DNA from: Eledone cirrhosa
Taxonomy: Eukaryota
Direction of reading: 5' to 3'
NCBI GenBank assembly: GCA_964016885.1
Contig: OZ024746.1
Location: 9,424,001 to 9,488,000 of the forward strand
DNA: 64,000 nt
A model generated the notes under the pieces. That model was not told where the DNA came from. It worked only from the letters and a program-made list of their open reading frames with translations, and ran no database searches. Below, piece after piece: positions 55,257-64,000 of this stretch (position 1 is its first letter; every line of letters starts with the position of its first letter). The position numbers and the translations under genes are program-made.

Positions 55257-55648
55257 CTTATACATCTATATGTGTGTTTATATACATACATTAATGTATA
55301 TTCACGTGTTTACATTTCATATTATATACCAGATCATCTCTTCCTAATCACATTTACATTACTAACAGGAAAAGGATGAACTAATTAATTTAACACTAGA
55401 CTAGCTAGAATCTAACAAATTATACAAACGTCAAAGAGCAATTTCTCTCTCACCCTCTCTCTTTCTCTCTTTCTTTCTCTCTCTCTGATCTTACAGTTAC
55501 TCCTTTTCTTCTTTCTTCACTTATTTCTGTCTCTGTTTTTCAAAACTCTTTACCTCCCCCTGTCTCTCTCTTGCTTCATATCTCTTTACCTCCCCCTGTC
55601 TCTCTCTTGCTTCATATCTCTTCTTATATGCTAGAATCTGATTATTAC

Positions 55649-55710
55649 CAACTGAAACAAGAACGAACCAAATGAAGCATATCAAAACATAGATATTCCT
55701 TGTAGTTAAT
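55649..55710 (-). other. Candidate exon
   Basis: Acceptor ATTCTCTTTCCAG, donor TTG|GTAATA, two open frames. Confidence 0.25.
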
Positions 55711-57803
55711 CTGGAAAGAGAATACAATTTGCCATGCTTTCAAGAGACATTATTAACGTTAGTGTCCAAAATTCCATTTATTACTGTCTGCTTCTAACCT
55801 GTTTTTTTTTTCAAATATACATTGATTTATTTTTAAATATTCTTTTTCTTTTTAATCTTGAAATTAAATAAAAAATGCGAATTTAAAAACTTATGAAATG
55901 TTCATAAAATCGATGTAAACAGACAAGAAGCATTCACCATTTCATTACCATATTTCTAATGATAAACATTGGTTATGATTTTCAAATCAAGAATTTAGAA
56001 GGATTATGTAACTAACTAACTAACTTTCTCATTATTAACATGATGTTGTTACATAAAATTATAAGTTTGTGTCCTTGTTATAATATAGGTTTGCTTTACA
56101 GGAACTTAATTTTATTCATTGTGGTTTGTTTCTTGAGGCCATGTTTTTCAGCTGGATAGCCTTCTTGTGACACCTTAACAATGCAGAGTTATAGTGTAGA
56201 CATTTAAAAACTTTAAAGCAAATGGTTTTAAGACCTGCTAAAGTTGAGGTTAGCCATGTTTGTTGGGGGAGCATTGCAGTCTTCTAATCATATGCATCAT
56301 GTTCTCATCATATTATCCTCTTCGAGACAGTGACTCACAATTGGATGTGCTGCCTCTTTGCAAACCCTTTTAGTTAATTCCTACAATATTATGTCCATTT
56401 TCTATAGTGTCCTGGATTGGAGATGTTGCCACATTCTGAGACAGTTATAGGTCAGATGATTACATCTTGTTCATATGTTTCATTCTAGCTTCGTTTCTAT
56501 CATTAGATGCTTTTCCTTATGCTTTACACCATGTACTGGGTGCATTTTATCTGGCACCAGCACTATCAATTTACAGATATAAAGTATAAATTTAAAAACT
56601 CGTTATGAAATGTTAATGAAACTGTTAAATAATTTTAAGGCTGTGTTTTATTTTTCTCAGATAAAGTGGAGATTAGCACTACTGAAGTGATCAAACTCAG
56701 TATACTTTTATATGGCTGAGAGATTAAGAAGTTTGTGTAGCAGTCATGAAGTCTGTGGATCTATCACACTTCGTTGTATCTTGAACAAATGTCTTCTACT
56801 ATAACTTAGAGTGGATCCACACTACTTCTCCATAAGAAGAAAATAGCATAAACGTTTTAAGATCTCCAATAACTGAGTTGAACAGGAAATTTTTAATGTT
56901 TAATTCTAATTGATGCATGTTAGTAAAAGATTTGGAAAAAGCTGGAGTTCCAGAGGAATGCAATCTGTCATAAGAAAGATTCAACTGAATTTATAGTATC
57001 TTGGGAATGAGGTAGAATACATTATGGTGGGCCAGTTAAGAGGTGCAGAGAGAGTTAACAATATATGAAAATTTGAATTTGTTGCCATTATACAAAAGGT
57101 TGTGAATGGACACAACGAATAGTGACGAAGAAGGAGGTAGTAAAGGCTTCACATGTAGCTATAATATAGCTGACTAAATAGGTATAATATAGAAATAGTT
57201 GAGTCTAGTTTATATACTGGGAACAGTATTCTTGTGTGAGGCTTATATAATGTCTGATAAGGACATTGTTCAAGAAAGCCTAATTTTGTAAAATGAATTA
57301 GACAGGATATTACAGATTGTTAAATTTGTGATCTATATCAGATGTTGTTCATGAAAAGAATACATATGGTCAGTTAGTTTGAGACGACAGTAAGTTCTCT
57401 ATTGATGAAAAATGTGCTGATCTGGTTGGTAATATTGAGGTTATATGGGAGCAGCATAAGCATCAGTGTTCTATGAATGAAGATAGAAAAAAACTTATCA
57501 GTATAATAGTTGTGATATAAGTACATGTGATGCTTCATTGTCCAGATGATTCTCTATCTAAATATGTCAACACCTTCGTCCAATTCAGGATTGTAAACCT
57601 TATCAAACTATATTTTCTCTTTCTCTGATATTGATTCAATATTCTAAGTTTGGTTTCATATTTTACAAATATTAATTCTCTGCTTTGTTATTTATTTAAA
57701 ACATGCAGTGCCATCTAGTCTTTCAAATTTCTAGAATTTAGTAATGTAATGTCTTATATAACTGGCTATATTGAACGAGCAAAAGAAGTACATTTTTAAA
57801 AAT

Positions 57804-57923
57804 CTGTGTCATAAGCTATACTAAAATAAACAACTACTAATGCTGTGTCATAAGCTATACTAAAATAAACAACTACTAATGCTGTGTCATAAGCTATACT
57901 AAAATAAACAACTACTAATGCTG
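57804..57923. repeat. 39-bp tandem triplication
   Basis: CTGTGTCATAAGCTATACTAAAATAAACAACTACTAATG x3. Confidence 0.95.
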
Positions 57924-57984
57924 CGAGTCATTTTTGTTCCTTCTTAGATATTTCATCATAATAATATTTCATCATAATAATTGT

Positions 57985-58305
57985 TCCAGTTTACTCAGCT
58001 GTAGAAATGAGATGATAGGACTCAGGTCCCTATCATTCCACTGCAAAGAGGTGCCACAGCAAAAAAAGCACCCAGCCCACACTGTAAAGTGGACGTGTAG
58101 GCGCCACGGAAAAAAAGCACCCAGCACTCACTGTAAATGAGGTTGGTGTTAGGAAGGGCATCCAGCTGTAGAAATCAAGCGAGAATCAGTTCCTGTATGA
58201 GCAAGACTAGGTCAGCCGACCAGACACTGCCCACAACAGGACAACCCGTCTAACCCATGCTAGCGTGGAAGAACGTACGTAAAATGGTAATGATGATGAT
58301 GATGA
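57985..58305 (+). mobile_element. SINE body with GGTTGGTGTTAGGAAGGGCATCCAGCTGTAGAAA domain and RTE-type (GAT)n tail
   Basis: Copies at 43780-44020 (-) and 63690-64000 (+, internally duplicated). Tail resembles the RTE 3' end at 61095-61155. Confidence 0.75.
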
Positions 58306-58604
58306 GGATATATATATAATAAAGAGTCAGGACCCAATAGATGTGCCATTACCATTTCAACAGCTTCTTACCATACTCTACTACCCAAAGTATCGAGTAT
58401 TCCATTGAGTAATGGTCTAACCTGTTTCAAACTGAATTCATCCTGATTCATATATATATAATAAATGAGTGACGAATAACATGGATCGGTTGTACTCATA
58501 ACCTCTACTTGGATTACCTTAAACAATATCTTGTTAACTTATATATATATATATATATATACAATATTAAATAAATGGAAAACTATATTTATAAAACCAT
58601 ATTT

Positions 58605-58668
58605 ATTTCATTATATATATTTCGGGGATATCATATTAACAATATGCTATGCCTTCATCAGACAAAAT
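58605..58668 (-). ncRNA. Hammerhead ribozyme, family A (left arm)
   Basis: Reverse complement of the motif at 58826-58889. Confidence 0.8.
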
Positions 58669-58825
58669 ACAATATAAACAGTTTTATAGATAAATATATT
58701 CGACATACCGTAATAAACATCAACTTCATTTGAAGAGGTTTACACTAGCAGTCAACCTCTTCAAATGAAGTTGATGTTTATTACGGTATGTCGAATATAT
58801 TTATCTATAAAACTGTTTATATTGT

Positions 58826-58889
58826 ATTTTGTCTGATGAAGGCATAGCATATTGTTAATATGATATCCCCGAAATATATATAATGAAAT
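58826..58889 (+). ncRNA. Hammerhead ribozyme, family A (right arm)
   Basis: Same sequence as the motif at 32557-32620. Confidence 0.8.
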
Positions 58890-59073
58890 AAATATGGTTT
58901 TATAAATATAGTTTTCCATTTATTTAATATTGTAAATATACTCCAAATATTTGTCGAGTGCTTTTATATCAGTTATAAATATTTACTAGTTGTAACCCAA
59001 CAATTTTAAATATAACTTTACATGTATATATATATATATATATTTAGAAAGTGAACAACATAAAATATAACTA

Positions 59074-59140
59074 CTCCATTACCAAAGGTTTCTGGATCCC
59101 AGACAATAATAATATACGTCTGGATCGGTCATCAGAGATG
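59074..59140 (-). ncRNA. Hammerhead motif, core intact, helix I disrupted
   Basis: Reverse complement CTGATGA-CCGATCCAGACG..TGTCTGGGATCCA-GAAA-CCTTTGG-TA-ATGGAG. Confidence 0.6.
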
Positions 59141-60864
59141 TTATGGATAAAAAATGTTAGTAAAAGTGTGAAGAATAACATGGTCGGCTGAACAACCTCT
59201 AGCTGCATTACCTTAAACGATACCTTACCTTGTTATCCTATATATAGATATATTCATCAATCATCATTGGCATTTTAATGCCCGCTGTTCCCACATGTAT
59301 ATATACATATATCTATCTCTATATATATATATATATATATATAGGATATATATATATGTACATGCGGGGACAGCGGTCATTAAAATGCAGATGATGATTG
59401 ATGAATATATATTATATATATATATATATATTATATATATATATAGGTACAAGTACATGTGTGTATCCATATGTCCATCTGCTTGACCCAACTTTACTTT
59501 TAACAGATTTAGTACTAGTGTAAACTTTTCAGTAAGAAAGATAATTTGGAAGAAATTTCAAGTAGCATATACATTTATTTGTACATACCTGTTAAATGAT
59601 GTGTATGTTTTAATTCGTGGTTTCTGACAGATGTTTACATTTCGGTCAGCTTTTAATACAGAACTTCAACATTTATATTGAGATTTTACAGAATCTTACC
59701 TTCATAGTAGATTTCCTGTTTCAGATTGAACAGAGCTTCATTCTAACTATTTTCTCCATCATATAAGACAGTTGTCACTTTCTATTTATAAACTGTTTAA
59801 ATATAGAATATTTACATAACAGTACAATACTCCACATACCCTATAGCTGCCTCATCCACATATACCTTCATACATATACACAAAGATATATCCAAATAGT
59901 ATTATGAATGAATTAAAATACTTGAAACAAATTCACAAAACCTTTCCATATGCAATAAAAAATATTCTACATATTTTATACATATATTTATATTCATTTG
60001 CTATATTATCGGGGAAATGTATGCATTATAAAATACATCTATAATGATGCTATATATATTTTATACACGATTAACAAGACGACAAAATCTTCATTTCTTT
60101 TACCATCAATCAAATTTTATTATCATAAACACATTTGAAATTCTAATTTAATCTTTGAAATATCTGTATCAGCCTTATCTATTTACATGCATATTGACAA
60201 ATTAAATTATAGATATAAGTATCTTTATACATGTGATTTCATGGATCTGTGAACATGTGCAACCAGATATATCAAAATATGCATGATAATTGTACATATA
60301 TCTTTGCCCTTTTATACCCATGTGTAAGTGTATACATATGTGTGATCGTGCATATATATATATATATATATGCACACACATATATATAAATATATATATG
60401 TCTATATATATATATGTGTGTGTGTGTATGTAAATATATATATATATGCGCACACACATTATATATATATATATATATGTATGTCTATATGTTTGTGTGT
60501 ACACGCACACACACACACCCACACACACATATATATATCACAGGCCCACTTCGGTCATGGGTGATCTTGGGTTTGCACATAGAAAGTTCTCCTCCGAGAC
60601 ATAAGCCCAAGCAAGATGATTCCATGGAATAGCCACAGTCACCCATGCAATCTAGGCCCCACTCTCCATGCCACTGATGTCAAAGGTAAAGACAGATAAC
60701 AAGAGTTTGGCACCAGTGACATTGCAGCTGATTTACTCTAGATAAGTCAACTAGAGAACAGTGAATTAAAGTCTCTTTTTCTAAGAGCACAACACTTAGC
60801 TCGCTCCAGGAATCAACTCAAAACCTCACAATCATGAACCCAACACTCTCACCATATATATATA

Positions 60865-61155
60865 GAATGTAGTGTACGGGAGAGGAGACTGAGGTGGTAT
60901 GGACATGTGATGCGCATGGAGGATGACCGATGGGTGAAGAAGTGCCAGGAAATGTCAGTTGAAGGAAGACGTGGTAAAGGTAGACCACGAAAAACATGGG
61001 CGGAGGTGGTGAGAACAGACCTCAGATCATTGAAGCTCACGGTGGAGATGACGAGGGACCGTGACGAGTGGAGAGATGCTGTGCTGAATAAGACCCATCC
61101 CACCCTTGCAAGCAGGGAAAAGCGGACGTAAAATGATGATGATGATGATGATGAT
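60865..61155 (+). mobile_element. RTE-clade LINE 3' fragment
   Basis: ERRLRWYGHVMRMEDDRWVKKC..EGRRGKGRPRKTWAEVVRTDL..DRDEWR, then a (GAT)n tail. Confidence 0.9.
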
Positions 61156-61744
61156 GTGTGTGTGTGTGTTTATATGTACATTGCGTGTGTGTGTATTTAT
61201 ATTTACATGTATATATGTTTATGTGTGTATATATACATATATGTACATATATATATATATATTTGTATGCATATGGGTGTTATGTATGTATATACATATA
61301 CATACATAACACCCATATGCATACAAATATATATATGTACATAAATGTATATATAAACACATAAACATATATACATGTAAATATAAATACACACATACAT
61401 ACATATAAACTGCTTCTAAACTGTTGTAATGTAATTTGAGATTAAAATAATCAGCTGGGCTATAAATTATTGGATTAATATGCATGTATTTGCATTAAAT
61501 ATTTTACTTGCCAACATATCTTTCATCTTCATCATTACCATTGATTTAACATCTATTTAATGTTGATGAAAAAATTTGCATGAATTATAAATGCATGTGT
61601 GTGTGTTTATGTACATTTGTGTATGTGTGTGTATGTAATATACACACATATCGATTTCACCAGTCTCAACGGGCTTGAAGATGCCATGAGCATAACTCCT
61701 TCTTTTGGACACAACCACAAATATACAATAAATATATTAGTATG

Positions 61745-62450
61745 CATATACACACATATTCACAAATACACACACAAGCATTTATATACATATACATTCA
61801 CATATACACACACAAGCATTCATATACACACATATTCACAAATACACACACAAGCATTCATATACACACACATTCACAAATACACACACAAGCATTCATA
61901 TACACACATATTCACAAATACACACACAAGCATTCATATACACACATATTCACAAATACACACACAAGCATTCATATACACACACATTCACAAATATACA
62001 CACAAGCATTCATATACACACATATTCACAAATACACACACAAGCATTCATATACACACATATTTACAAATACACACACAAGCATTCATATACACACATA
62101 TTCACAAATACACACACAAGCATTCATATACACACACATTCACAAATACAGACACAAGCATTCATATACACACACATTCACAAATACGCACACAAGCATT
62201 CATATACACACACAAGCATTCATATACACACACATTCACAAATACACACACAAGCATTCATATACACACACATTCACAAATACACACACAAGCATTCATA
62301 TACACACATATTCACAAATACACACACAAGCATTCATATACACACACATTCACAAATACACACACAAGCATTCACATACCCACATATACACACACAAGCA
62401 CTCATTTACACACACATTCACAAATACACACACAAGCACTCACATACACA
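61745..62450. repeat. 38-bp minisatellite, ~18 copies
   Basis: Unit TTCATATACACACATATTCACAAATACACACACAAGCA. Confidence 0.95.
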
Positions 62451-62643
62451 CCTAAGTATATATTTGGGAGAGAAAATAAAAGAGAACTAGAGTTAAATTT
62501 TGTGTTTATTTTTATTTTTACTTCTTGTATTGTTTTACTGCTATCATGTGACCCAAGTGACAATTTGTTATTAATTGGATGCCTGAAATACTTCTATCAG
62601 TTTGAACACACACAAACACACATATATTTACATCTATATATAT

Positions 62644-62696
62644 AGGCTTCCTTATGATTTCTCCCAAATGAAACAGTTCTAGTCCTGTAGAAGCCT
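62644..62696 (+). ncRNA. Family B hammerhead with CTTATGA core
   Basis: AGGCTTC-CTTATGA-TTTCTCCCAAAT-GAAA-CAGTTCTAGTCCTG-TA-GAAGCCT. Downstream sequence is shared with 1160-1270 (-) and 49507-49620 (-). Confidence 0.7.
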
Positions 62697-63266
62697 GTCT
62701 ATATTAAATATTTATACTCTGCTATGTATTGAGTACCTTACTTACTGTGGTTACCCCCGATTGAACCTGGGATGAACTTATATATATATATAATGTCTAC
62801 AGCATGAAAACCAGGAAGACCACAAATTAGAGTAGTACTCAAGGCATGGTTAGATACAGTGTTGTGTATGTGTGTATATATATATATATATACAAGCCGA
62901 ATATTACATAAAAGAGGGACATCCCCCAACTATATAAACCTTAATCTAGTTAGAAAAATATAAAAACAATCTCTTCTCAACATATATTAATAACCTTAAA
63001 TTACCATACTAATAATGAAAAGATATGCTGATGAGAATAGGTACAAATATGCGATAATGAATGTGTCTAAAAACGTCCATAAGTATGTATATATATGTGA
63101 AAATGTATATAAATAAGTAAATATATATATATGTTTGATGTGTATAGTTAGATGTAAGTGTATTCATGTATTAAAGTGCTTATATATATGTATATATGTA
63201 TGTATGTGTATATGTATATATATGTATGTATGTATATGTATATGTATATGTATATATATATATATA

Positions 63267-63518
63267 AGAGGGATCAGATGTTGTTTACTCGAGAGAAGGC
63301 TACGTTGGTACGGTCACGTGATGCGCATGAAAGACGACAGCTGTATAACAAAGTGCAGGGCAATAAAGATAGACGGTAGCCACGGAGTAGGCAGACCCAG
63401 AAAAACATGGGACGAGCTGATAAATTCCGACCTCACACGCTTACACCTCTCCAAGACAATGTCACTGGACCGAGACCTTTGGCGGTACTCAGTAATAGAG
63501 AAGACCCGCCTTACCTAA
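63267..63518 (+). mobile_element. RTE-clade LINE 3' fragment
   Basis: ERRLRWYGHVMRM..GRPRKTWDELINSDL..DRDLWR. Shorter copy with the same downstream flank at ~50230-50515 (-). Confidence 0.9.
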
Positions 63519-64000
63519 ATACAAAGTAAAAACCTACTACAGTCAGTAGGCACCTCTATCAAAACACACCCCCGTCCCACCACCTCCACCCCACCCACAC
63601 CGCCCCTTTCAATGTAAAGTTATGTTGGTCCCACAACATCCAGGCCGAAACAAATGAGATCGTGTAGGTGTCACGACAAAAAACACACAGTCCACGCTGT
63701 AAATGTGGCCGTGTAGGCAACACGGTAAAAACTTCCCAGCCCCACACTGTAAATGTGGTTGGTGTTAGGAAGGGCATCCAGCTGTAGAAAACCCGCCAGA
63801 CAGTCCACGCTGTAATGTGGCCGTGTAGGCAACACGGTAAAAACCTCCCAGCCCCACACTGTAAATGTGGTTGGTGTTAGGAAGGGCATCCAACTGTAGA
63901 AAACCCGCCAGACAGTCCTATGCGAGCAAGACAACCACTCTTGCCTCAAGTGGGAAAACCCCCGTCCAAACCCATGCAAGCGTGGAACACGGACGCTAAA

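Noticed and set aside
57804-57923. 39-bp repeats as CRISPR
   Set aside because: No spacers, a plain tandem triplication.
61599-62645. 348-aa repetitive ORF
   Set aside because: Translation of a 38-bp minisatellite whose unit is not a multiple of three.

Overview
AT-rich, microsatellite-dense animal genomic DNA. The SINE/RTE repertoire suggests a cephalopod such as Octopus (inference). No intact gene is visible, and almost all long ORFs in the track are simple-repeat artefacts. The window holds tRNA-derived SINEs, RTE-LINE 3' ends, TTAA- and TA-flanked MITEs, Helitron-like ends and a decayed Penelope-like (PLE) reverse transcriptase at ~15.8-16.4 kb. The main signal, read by eye, is about 25-30 type I hammerhead-ribozyme (HHR) motifs (helix I-CTGANGA-helix II-GAAA-helix III-TH-helix I) from roughly a dozen sequence families. 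They lie in short ORF-less units inside (TA)n tracts, often as inverted pairs or fold-back palindromes. Several families show compensatory helix changes, and two show recurring non-canonical cores (CAGAAGA, CTTATGA). HHRs in PLEs and retrozymes are established knowledge; the diversity, variant cores and fold-back architecture are what merit testing. Coordinates were counted by hand and folds were not computed.
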